DNA from: Bacteroidales bacterium UBA3810
GTDB lineage: Bacteria > Bacteroidota > Bacteroidia > Bacteroidales > Paludibacteraceae
Direction: 5' to 3'
Assembly (NCBI GenBank): GCA_002368645.1
Contig: DFEE01000032.1
Coordinates: forward strand, 1,511-65,510
Length of the DNA: 64,000 nucleotides
How positions within the stretch are numbered: the stretch's first letter is position 1; the number at the start of each line of letters is the position of its first letter. The notes beneath the pieces were generated by a model, which searched no databases, was not told where the DNA came from, and saw only the letters and a program-made list of their open reading frames with translations. Below are positions 56,436 to 64,000 of this stretch, one piece after another. The position numbers were made by a program, and so were the translations under genes.

Positions 56436-56507
56436 AAAAAAAAGAAGGGTTGTCATCTCGACAACCACAATCTTTACTTAACCTTAAATCTAATACCATG
56501 AAAAACA
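56436..56507 (-). ncRNA. candidate ~70-nt small RNA defined by consensus promoter and intrinsic terminator
   Basis: All elements are on the minus strand. -33 TTTG, a 20-nt spacer, then -7 TACTTTTG (plus-strand coordinates 56513-56520). A 5' hairpin ACCGUG/CAUGGU is followed by an AU-rich linker. The terminator GGUUGUC-GAGA-GACAACC is followed by CUUCU8. No plausible ORF: the longest is 8 codons. Confidence 0.35.
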
Positions 56508-56656
56508 CGGTGCAAAAGTACTGCTAATTTTTGATATATGCAAATTTTTAACGAAAAAAGTGCAAAATATCTTTTTTTTGAAAACTCCACTTTGCAAAAA
56601 AATGCTAATTTGCGACAAAATTATAAATTTTATTTGCATATGTCAAAACATATTTG

Positions 56657-56664
56657 TAACTTTG
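56657..56664 (+). promoter_or_regulatory. -7 box TAACTTTG for the 56710 gene
   Basis: TAACTTTG lies 46 nt upstream of the ATG at 56710. This argues against the longer track ORF start at 56560. Confidence 0.45.
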
Positions 56665-56709
56665 CACGCCAAATCAGGTACTAAGCAAACAGTATTAAAT
56701 AATATAAAC

Positions 56710-57228
56710 ATGAAAAAACAATTTCTTCTGCCCCTCTTTGTGCTTCTTGCCTGCATGGGAGCACGTGCTGAAGTGCCCGCCGGCGCGGCACTAATCAGTA
56801 CCCGTAACCAATCAATGGATGATTCCTCATTAAGTATCGTCAGTCTGCAACGAATTGAATTGGCGCTTAGTGAACAAAACCAAGTGCAATCCGTTTTCAT
56901 CTTCGAGGATAACACTTCCGTGAGTTTCGATAATGTGGATGCAATATCTTTCGCGAGTGACAATAACGCTGTCACCGTAGAGCAAAAGGCTTTAACCGGA
57001 CTGGATAATGCGACCGAAAAGAAAATCCATATCTACCCCAATCCGGCTACTGAGAAGATTTATTTCTCCGGTATGAATGAACAGAGTAGAGGTTGTGTGA
57101 TTAATGCTAATGCGCAGAGGGTGTGTGAGATAAATGGCGAGCAGACAGATTTGGATGTGTCTTCCTGGCCGGTAGGTACCTATATTATCTGCATAGACAA
57201 TGAGATTTTCAAACTGATTAAACAATAA
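56710..57228 (+). CDS. small secreted protein with T9SS (Por) C-terminal sorting domain
   Basis: Signal peptide MKKQFLLPLFVLLACMGARA. The C-terminal IHIYPNPATEKIYFSG...LDVSSWPVGTYIICIDNEIFKLIKQ matches the type A T9SS CTD pattern. Confidence 0.8.
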   Translation: MKKQFLLPLFVLLACMGARAEVPAGAALISTRNQSMDDSSLSIVSLQRIELALSEQNQVQSVFIFEDNTSVSFDNVDAISFASDNNAVTVEQKALTGLDNATEKKIHIYPNPATEKIYFSGMNEQSRGCVINANAQRVCEINGEQTDLDVSSWPVGTYIICIDNEIFKLIKQ

Positions 57229-57234
57229 CGAGCC

Positions 57235-59091
57235 ATGAAAAAGAGTTTATTAAGCATCATTATAGCCGGTTGCTGTATTGCCGTACAAGCCGAAGAATTG
57301 TGGCATGTAGTTGGGACGGATGATTATATAAAGAAAGAGTGTTTAGATAAAATTCAGGTTGTGTTGGATAGTTCAATGGACTATTCTTTTAACTTAAGTC
57401 ACATCCCGTATATCGCCCGAGTTAGTGATTTGCAGCAACTATACGCCAATGTGTTTGACCGTTTGGTCCAGACCGGTGCCATAATGCCGGCGGGAGATGG
57501 AGATATAGCTTCCATAGATGAGGGCACAACCAGTTTCTATCGCACCTTATGGTATCTTAACGAGTTCCCTGCTGATGGTGGCTCTTGGATTTGGCAAGAT
57601 CCCGGCATATCGGATTTACAGGAGTGTAGATGGAATAGTAATAATATCTTAATAATAGGTACCTATGCGCGTCTGATATACAATTTAAATCTCCAAAATG
57701 CATTTCTTGAGGTAGCGAGTTCGAATAATGTTTATGAGGAGGAGCAGAAACAAGTGCGTTTTGTGCGTGCTTTGACGGCATGGTATTTATTGGATTTATT
57801 TCCTGCATCTCATTTTACCACGCAGGTTGTGACATATAGGACGAGCTCTATGAGCAGAGAACAACTATATTGTTGGTTGGAAAATGAGTTGTTAGAGTTA
57901 GCGTTGATACTCCCGCAAACTCGTACAGATTTATACCATGTTGATGCGGATGCAGCCAAAATGCTATTGGCGCGTCTATATCTTAATGCAGAAGTATATA
58001 CGGGCACGCCTCAATGGGAGAAAGCTTCCTTGTATGCAGAGCAAGTCATGAATGGTCAGCATCCTTTGCATACCATATCATCCGGAGCCTATTCTCCTTA
58101 TCAAGAACTATTTATGGGGGATAATGATGCGAATGGCTCTGCTGAGGAAGTGCTCTTTATGCTTAAGCAAGATGGCATTAATGCCTATTCTTATGGAGGT
58201 TCAACGTTTGTCATAAATATGACCCGTAACGGCAGCGAAATGCCTTATTTTGGATTGTCCGGTTCCGGTTGGGGATGTTGGCGTGCTGGTTATCGGTTGT
58301 TACAGGCTTTTGCGTCTGAAGATGCGTTGAATACGTTGAAGGGCACGGAGTTCAGTATGCCGTCGGCATTAGGCGATGACCGAGCCTTATTCTATGCTGA
58401 TCAGTCATATCAAGTTCCCTCTTTGAGTCACGATTACACTAATTTTACGGCAACATGGTCCGTCAATAAGTTCACTAACCGCTATTCAACAGAGCCTATT
58501 GACGCTTTTTCAACACCGTCTTCATGGCCGGATACGGATATACCTTTGATGCGTAGTGCCGAGGCATGGCTGACTTATGCGGAGGCACAGTTCCGATTAG
58601 GGAATCCTCAAATTGCGCGCAACACCATAGCTGTGCTTCGCAGTCGTGCACATGCCGATACGCCGGCTGCGATTTCGGAAGAGTATATCTTGGATGAGTG
58701 GTTGCGTGAGTTCCATACAGAAGGGCGTCGCCGTGTCGATTTGGTGCGTTTTCATCAGTTTGCCGGTTCAAGTGCCATTCGGACTTGGGAAAATCACACG
58801 CAACGATTTGCAGACTCGCGCCAAACTTTTCCTATGCCTGAGTTAACAAGTGTATTCGCCCCTAAACACTATATTCTACCGAATTATTTTGCGCAGATCA
58901 TATCGTGTGAGAACTGCAATCCCGTTGAATATTATAATGCGGAGAATAATACCTACTATACTGTCAATAATTGGCTTAATGTGGTAGTAGGAGGTGCATC
59001 TTTAGGAACGGTATATCCTATTATGATGGATGCTCCTTTCCAATTAGAGTTGGTAGATGTTCCGTTTACGCCGGCTATAGACGGGGAGTAG
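57235..59091 (+). CDS. RagB/SusD-family outer-membrane lipoprotein (no adjacent SusC)
   Basis: Lipobox IIAGC. SusD hallmarks: RFVRALTAWYLLDLF, ARLYLNAEVYTG, PLMRSAEAWLTYAEAQFRLGN and EWLREFHTEGRRRVDLVRF. There is an extra roughly 65 aa after the usual C-terminus. Confidence 0.82.
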   Translation: MKKSLLSIIIAGCCIAVQAEELWHVVGTDDYIKKECLDKIQVVLDSSMDYSFNLSHIPYIARVSDLQQLYANVFDRLVQTGAIMPAGDGDIASIDEGTTSFYRTLWYLNEFPADGGSWIWQDPGISDLQECRWNSNNILIIGTYARLIYNLNLQNAFLEVASSNNVYEEEQKQVRFVRALTAWYLLDLFPASHFTTQVVTYRTSSMSREQLYCWLENELLELALILPQTRTDLYHVDADAAKMLLARLYLNAEVYTGTPQWEKASLYAEQVMNGQHPLHTISSGAYSPYQELFMGDNDANGSAEEVLFMLKQDGINAYSYGGSTFVINMTRNGSEMPYFGLSGSGWGCWRAGYRLLQAFASEDALNTLKGTEFSMPSALGDDRALFYADQSYQVPSLSHDYTNFTATWSVNKFTNRYSTEPIDAFSTPSSWPDTDIPLMRSAEAWLTYAEAQFRLGNPQIARNTIAVLRSRAHADTPAAISEEYILDEWLREFHTEGRRRVDLVRFHQFAGSSAIRTWENHTQRFADSRQTFPMPELTSVFAPKHYILPNYFAQIISCENCNPVEYYNAENNTYYTVNNWLNVVVGGASLGTVYPIMMDAPFQLELVDVPFTPAIDGE

Positions 59092-59144
59092 AATATTCTA
59101 TGTACTGTAGATGCCGCTGATTATCAGGAAGAAAACTCTTATAA

Positions 59145-59765
59145 TCAGCGGTAAAGAAAATAACCGATACAACCGGATGCAAGGATGAGGACAATCGGGT
59201 GCGAGATAAACGCTAACACCCGTTGGGCTCGTCCGGATACTTGAGAATGTGTCGGACTGGAGATGTGTTTCTCAACCAATTTAGCCCCGTCGGGTAGGAG
59301 CATCAAGGCGATGACAAGCGCATAAATGACCCAACTATAATTGTCTATAAACGAGGCGGGAGTAATCAGCGTCCACGCGGCATGGGCAATCAGAAAAACT
59401 ACTGCAATACGTATAAGGCGCATCACCCATATATAAATAGGATTGGCTTGCCAGCGCTCGCTAATCTTGTTGTAAATGTAGCAGATAATGCCCATGATAA
59501 TGAGACTTGGGAGGATGATGGCTCCTGAAGCGATGAGACTTCCCCATACCGTACCCGTTGCGGTATATCCGACATACGTGGCGCAGTTGATGCCGATTGG
59601 ACCCGGAGTGACTTGTGATATGGCAACTATGTCCACAAACTCAGTCTCAGTCATCCAACCGCGGGATAGAACTTCATTTTGGATAAGCGAGATAATCGCC
59701 ATCCCGCCTCCAAAGCCTAAAAAGCCCACTTTGATGAATAGCAGTAGCAGTTGCCAGTAAATCAT
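59145..59765 (-). CDS. chromate transporter (CHR) family protein, second half-size subunit
   Basis: Contains FGGGMAIISLIQNEVLSRGWMTETEF, plus TM helices. Confidence 0.8.
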   Translation of the reverse strand: MIYWQLLLLFIKVGFLGFGGGMAIISLIQNEVLSRGWMTETEFVDIVAISQVTPGPIGINCATYVGYTATGTVWGSLIASGAIILPSLIIMGIICYIYNKISERWQANPIYIWVMRLIRIAVVFLIAHAAWTLITPASFIDNYSWVIYALVIALMLLPDGAKLVEKHISSPTHSQVSGRAQRVLAFISHPIVLILASGCIGYFLYR

Positions 59766-59776
59766 AGAAAAACGTA

Positions 59777-60202
59777 TTACCAGATATTTTTTATTGAACG
59801 AATAACGGTGGCGGTGATGAGTGCTACGACAGCGGGGCGTACTCCCTTAAAGATAGCCTCTATGGAAGGATTGTCCTTTAGATCCGTAAAATACATGGCA
59901 ATCAGTAAAATAATTACGATACTCGGAAGAACTGCCCCCATGACACATGCTATTACACCGGCCCATCCCCGCAGGCGATGACCGATAAAAATAGCGGAGT
60001 TCACCGCAATAAGACCCGGTGCCGCTTGGGCTAAAGCAATCATGTTAAGGAATTCCTTTTCGTCAAGCCAATGCTTGACATCGCACACCTCTTTTTGGAT
60101 TAGGGACAACATGGCATAACCTCCACCGATGGTGAAAGTGCCTATCTTGAGATAGGTCCAAAAGAGTTGAAGTATAGTCGCTTTGGGGCGCGGATCAGTC
60201 AT
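59777..60202 (-). CDS. chromate transporter (CHR) family protein, first half-size subunit
   Basis: Contains GTFTIGGGYAMLSLIQKEVCDVKHWLDEKEF. Confidence 0.8.
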   Translation of the reverse strand: MTDPRPKATILQLFWTYLKIGTFTIGGGYAMLSLIQKEVCDVKHWLDEKEFLNMIALAQAAPGLIAVNSAIFIGHRLRGWAGVIACVMGAVLPSIVIILLIAMYFTDLKDNPSIEAIFKGVRPAVVALITATVIRSIKNIW

Positions 60203-60824
60203 TGTCGTTTTCAGAAGCCGCCAATTGCTGTTTGATAAACTTAGCCATTACGTTGATTGCCGCATTATTATGTCCTCCTTGCGGAATAATCATGTCGGCA
60301 TATCGCTTGCAGGGCTCAATGAATTGCTGGTGCATGGGTTTGAGAATCCGTTGGTACCGTTCAATGACCGTCTCGGTCGTGCGTCCGCGTTCAACGATGT
60401 CACGCTTGATTACGCGCACAAGTCGGTCGTCGGCATCTGCATCAACGAAGACCTTAAGGTCCATCATGTCGCGCAATGGCTTGTCCCACAGGCACATAAT
60501 ACCCTCGATAATCACCACTTTTTTGGGGTCAACATGATTTGTGGCCTTCTGTCTGGTTGAGGTGATGTAATCATAGATAGGCTCCTCAATGGCACGCCCT
60601 TCTTTGAGCTCCTGAATATGGTGCCTCAAGAGCCGCCATTCGAAAGCATCCGGGTGGTCAAAGTTAATCTTTTGACGGTCCTCTGGCGGAACATTAGAAG
60701 AGTCGTTGTAGTACGAGTCAAGGGATAAAATAGCTACTTCGCCTTTCGGCATGCGTTCAATGAGTTTGCGGACTACTGTGGTCTTGCCCGAACCGGTTCC
60801 GCCTGCAATTCCGATAATAAACAT
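60195..60824 (-). CDS. udk: uridine kinase
   Basis: Starts MFIIGIAGGTGSGKTTV and contains DSYY, FDHPDAF and IIEGI. A -7 box TAATTTTG (plus strand CAAAATTA, 60848-60855) supports the trimmed start. Confidence 0.88.
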   Translation of the reverse strand: MFIIGIAGGTGSGKTTVVRKLIERMPKGEVAILSLDSYYNDSSNVPPEDRQKINFDHPDAFEWRLLRHHIQELKEGRAIEEPIYDYITSTRQKATNHVDPKKVVIIEGIMCLWDKPLRDMMDLKVFVDADADDRLVRVIKRDIVERGRTTETVIERYQRILKPMHQQFIEPCKRYADMIIPQGGHNNAAINVMAKFIKQQLAASENDND

Positions 60825-60887
60825 AAGAAGTTTCTCTAATCGGGACGCAAAATTACAAAAATATTTGCATAATTGCAAAAAAAATAT

Positions 60888-60895
60888 TACTTTTG
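60888..60895 (+). promoter_or_regulatory. -7 box TACTTTTG for ftsH
   Basis: TACTTTTG lies 41 nt upstream of the ATG at 60936. Confidence 0.45.
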
Positions 60896-60935
60896 CACGA
60901 TTTTTGACAGATTATAACGGATAAAGTAATTTTTT

Positions 60936-62906
60936 ATGGATAATAGTAACCAAAAGAACAAACCGCAACGCAAAGGTTTTGGATGGGGATGGCTGTTATA
61001 TACGGCTGTATTTTTGATTTTTGCATGGTATTTCTTGAAGCCGAATGGCGACGAACAGACTATGGATAAGGGACTTAGTTATACCCAGCTAATGTCCTAT
61101 ATTGAGCATAACCAGATTAGTTCTATAGTCGTCTATGATGACAATCACGTGGAAGCAACGGTTCGCATGGACGCTTATACGTTGGTCTTTGGGGATGCTA
61201 CTAAAGGCGTGGAGAAGAAAGGTATTATCACCTGCCTTGTGCCTTCCGTAGAGGAGTTTTGCAAGTACATGGGGACTGTCAATGTGACACGGGCGGAAAC
61301 GCATCTGCCCGCTATTGATGTCAGTATCAAGAAAAGTCATGACTATTGGTATCTTATTTTGGTCAATGTACTCCCGTGGGTATTTATCATCTTCTTCTTT
61401 GTGATGATGACTCGCAATATCGGCGGAGTGGGCGGTGGCATATTCGGTGTCGGACGCGCAAAAGCGGAAGTCTTTGATAAAGACAAGAAAGACAAAGTGA
61501 CTTTTAAGGATGTTGCCGGTTTGGAAGGTGCTAAACAGGAAGTGGAAGAGATTGTTTCGTTCCTCAAGAACCCTGAGAAATATACCAAATTGGGGGGCAA
61601 AATCCCCAAGGGAGCATTGCTGGTAGGTCCTCCCGGAACCGGTAAAACCCTGCTTGCTAAAGCCGTAGCAGGCGAAGCTAATGTCCCCTTCTTCTCCATG
61701 TCCGGCTCTGACTTCGTCGAGATGTTTGTGGGGGTTGGAGCAAGTCGTGTACGTGACCTCTTTAGGCAAGCCAAAGAGAAAGCACCCGCCATCATCTTTA
61801 TTGATGAGATAGATGCTGTGGGTAAATCCCGAGGAAAAGGGGCTATAACCGGCTCTAATGATGAACGCGAATCTACCCTAAACCAGTTGTTGACCGAGAT
61901 GGATGGCTTCGGCACCAACTCCGGTGTCATTATTCTTGCAGCCACGAACAGGGCGGAGATACTGGATCCTGCTTTACTGCGAGCCGGACGTTTTGATAGA
62001 CAGATTCATGTCGAACTGCCTGACTTGCAGGAGCGAAAGGAGATTTTCCAAGTGCACTTGAGACCGCTCAAACTCAATAAGAATGTCGATATTGATTTCT
62101 TAGCCAAACAAACTCCGGGGTTCTCTGGAGCCGATATTGCCAATGTCTGCAACGAGGCTGCATTGATAGCCGCACGCAATAACCATAAAGCGGTCGGGAA
62201 ACAGGATTTCATGGACGCCGTGGATAGGATAATCGGCGGTCTGGAGCGCAAAACGAAAATCATGACTCCTGAAGAGAAAAAATCCATTGCCTACCATGAG
62301 GCGGGACATGCTACTATCAGTTGGATGCTCCAATATGGTAATCCGCTGGTTAAGGTTACCATTGTGCCTCGAGGACAAGCGCTTGGTGCAGCATGGTACT
62401 TGCCGGAAGAAAGGCAACTCACCAATAAAGAACATATCCTCGATGACCTCTGCTCCCTCTTAGGCGGACGCGCTGCCGAGGAACTCTTCTTGAAACAAAC
62501 CTCTACAGGGGCTCTCAATGATTTGGAACGAGCCACCAAGCAGGCATATGCCATGGTTGCCTATTACGGTATGAGCCCTAAACTGAAGGACCTCTCCTTC
62601 TATGACTCAACCGGACGATATGATTACGGTATTGCTAAACCTTATTCGGAGGAAACAGCCAAGATTATTGACGCGGAAACGTCCCGCATTATCTCGGAAC
62701 AGATGAAACGGGCTAAAGAGGTTCTTAAACAATATGAAGAAGGGCACCATCAGATGGCGGAACTGCTTATCGAAAAGGAAGTTATCACGTCTGAAGATGT
62801 TGAGCGTATCTTGGGACCGCGTCCTTGGAAAAGCCGGGGTGACGAGATGTTAGAGTTGAATGAGAAAGAATCAACCGCTAAGACTGACAAATCTGCAGAT
62901 GCTTAA
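60936..62906 (+). CDS. ftsH: ATP-dependent zinc metalloprotease FtsH
   Basis: Two TM helices. AAA module [22 protein letters not shown], second region of homology (SRH), and zinc site HEAGHA. Confidence 0.95.
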   Translation: MDNSNQKNKPQRKGFGWGWLLYTAVFLIFAWYFLKPNGDEQTMDKGLSYTQLMSYIEHNQISSIVVYDDNHVEATVRMDAYTLVFGDATKGVEKKGIITCLVPSVEEFCKYMGTVNVTRAETHLPAIDVSIKKSHDYWYLILVNVLPWVFIIFFFVMMTRNIGGVGGGIFGVGRAKAEVFDKDKKDKVTFKDVAGLEGAKQEVEEIVSFLKNPEKYTKLGGKIPKGALLVGPPGTGKTLLAKAVAGEANVPFFSMSGSDFVEMFVGVGASRVRDLFRQAKEKAPAIIFIDEIDAVGKSRGKGAITGSNDERESTLNQLLTEMDGFGTNSGVIILAATNRAEILDPALLRAGRFDRQIHVELPDLQERKEIFQVHLRPLKLNKNVDIDFLAKQTPGFSGADIANVCNEAALIAARNNHKAVGKQDFMDAVDRIIGGLERKTKIMTPEEKKSIAYHEAGHATISWMLQYGNPLVKVTIVPRGQALGAAWYLPEERQLTNKEHILDDLCSLLGGRAAEELFLKQTSTGALNDLERATKQAYAMVAYYGMSPKLKDLSFYDSTGRYDYGIAKPYSEETAKIIDAETSRIISEQMKRAKEVLKQYEEGHHQMAELLIEKEVITSEDVERILGPRPWKSRGDEMLELNEKESTAKTDKSADA

Positions 62907-64000
62907 ATTCTTCTTGATAGCAGGAGAGGCTTCCGGGGACTTACATGCCTCAAACCTCATTAAGGCAATTCGGGCGCAAGAGCCCGAAGCCTTTTTTGTA
63001 GGACTTGGCGGAGACAAAATGCGAGAGGCCGGTTGCACCCTCTACCAAGATTACCGCCACATGGCGTTTATGGGCTTTGTGGCGGTCATACAGAACATGG
63101 GAGAGGTCAGACGTAATTTCCGTATAGCGGAACAAGCACTTCTCAAAGAACGCCCCGATGTGCTGATACTTATTGATTATCCGTCCTTTAACTTGAGGAT
63201 TGCGGCTTTCTGTAAGAATCACCTTCCCGACACGAAAATAGTCTATTACATACCGCCGAAGATATGGGCATGGAAAAAACGCCGCGTTCATACCATTGCG
63301 CGTCTTTGCGATGCGGTCCTGGGCATATTCCCCTTTGAACCGGCCTTTTATGCCCGCTATGGCTACCAATGTACCTATGTCGGCAATCCTACGGCAGAAC
63401 TCCTCCGCCACACGCAGTTACCAAAACGCACTCACCAACAGCCCTCCGAGCTCGCAGTGACCAACAAGGCGAAGCCGTTCATAGCACTTTTGCCGGGCTC
63501 ACGACAGGAGGAAATTAAACATTGTCTGCCGATGATGCTTGCTGCGGCACGCGCCTTCCCTAATTATCCCATTGTAGTTACGGCTGCTCCCGGTCTGGAC
63601 GATGCCTTCTATCTTCCCTATCTGAAGGACGGCGAGTCTTTGCGCCGGGATACCTATCAGGTACTTGCCTCGGCACAGGCTGCTGTCGTCAACTCTGGCA
63701 CCGCTACCTTGGAGACTGCTTTATTAGGTTGCCCGCAAGAGGCTGTCTATCACGTCGCTACAGGAAGAGTATTGGGCTTCCTGAAACCCCTGCTCTTTAC
63801 AATACCGTATTTCACATTGGTCAATATAATCCTTGGCAAAGAAGTGATAAAAGAGCAAGTCGCATATCATTTTACAGAGCGGGATGTGCGCGAGGAATTA
63901 GACCGACTACTGCATGATGAGCACTATCGGGCGGCAATGCAACATTCCTACGCAGAGTTAAGCACTGCCTTAGGCTCTTCCGATGCCTCCCAATATGCCG
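62899..64000 (+). CDS. lpxB: lipid-A-disaccharide synthase (3'-truncated by window end)
   Basis: Not in the ORF track because there is no stop in the window. My translation: [25 protein letters not shown]...LLPGSRQEEIKHCLPMML...VVNSGTATLETALLGCPQ...FTLVNIILGKEVIKE. The ATG overlaps the ftsH stop. Confidence 0.88.
   Translation, partial: MLKFFLIAGEASGDLHASNLIKAIRAQEPEAFFVGLGGDKMREAGCTLYQDYRHMAFMGFVAVIQNMGEVRRNFRIAEQALLKERPDVLILIDYPSFNLRIAAFCKNHLPDTKIVYYIPPKIWAWKKRRVHTIARLCDAVLGIFPFEPAFYARYGYQCTYVGNPTAELLRHTQLPKRTHQQPSELAVTNKAKPFIALLPGSRQEEIKHCLPMMLAAARAFPNYPIVVTAAPGLDDAFYLPYLKDGESLRRDTYQVLASAQAAVVNSGTATLETALLGCPQEAVYHVATGRVLGFLKPLLFTIPYFTLVNIILGKEVIKEQVAYHFTERDVREELDRLLHDEHYRAAMQHSYAELSTALGSSDASQYA

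Noticed and set aside
61089-61945. 226-aa and 200-aa minus-strand ORFs inside ftsH
   Set aside because: They are antisense shadows of a highly conserved gene.
62950-63411. 153-aa minus-strand ORF
   Set aside because: It is antisense to the clear lpxB reading frame (GEASGD, LLPGSR, NSGTATLE motifs on the plus strand) and has no recognisable motifs.

Overview
The window looks like chromosomal DNA from a Bacteroidota (Bacteroidales-type) organism. Evidence: TAnnTTTG -7 promoter boxes before most genes, a T9SS C-terminal sorting domain, a SusD-family lipoprotein, BspA-type LRR and Listeria-Bacteroides-repeat surface proteins, and the rpsF-rpsR-rplI arrangement. Genus is not determinable from the sequence alone. 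Most of the window is housekeeping: obg, adk, HU, rhomboid, S6/S18/L9/L31/S16, comM/yifB, parC, fprA plus rubredoxin, udk, ftsH and a partial lpxB. Accessory blocks sit between these genes. (1) At the left edge, 51-4322 is an AT-rich, tightly packed five-gene cassette: a small helical protein, a 663-aa GHKL (MORC/sacsin-like) ATPase, two unknown proteins and a small lipoprotein. I cannot assign it to a named system, and it is my best candidate for an undescribed defence-type system. (2) Two convergent AAA_14/DUF4143 ATPases are bracketed by a repeated hairpin module. (3) Three large secreted repeat proteins share a short C-terminal motif, and one is translationally coupled to a membrane-anchored TPR/LuxR regulator. 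(4) A roughly 1-kb non-coding stretch holds a long hairpin and three adjacent tandem-repeat arrays, one of which recurs inverted about 40 kb away. (5) A Wzx/Wzy glycosyltransferase operon ends in an HhH-plus-beta-barrel protein. (6) An orphan SusD is paired with a small T9SS-tagged protein, next to a promoter-plus-terminator-defined candidate sRNA. No CRISPR array, tRNA/rRNA gene, integrase or transposase was seen. All calls come from reading the sequence and ORF translations; no database search was run.
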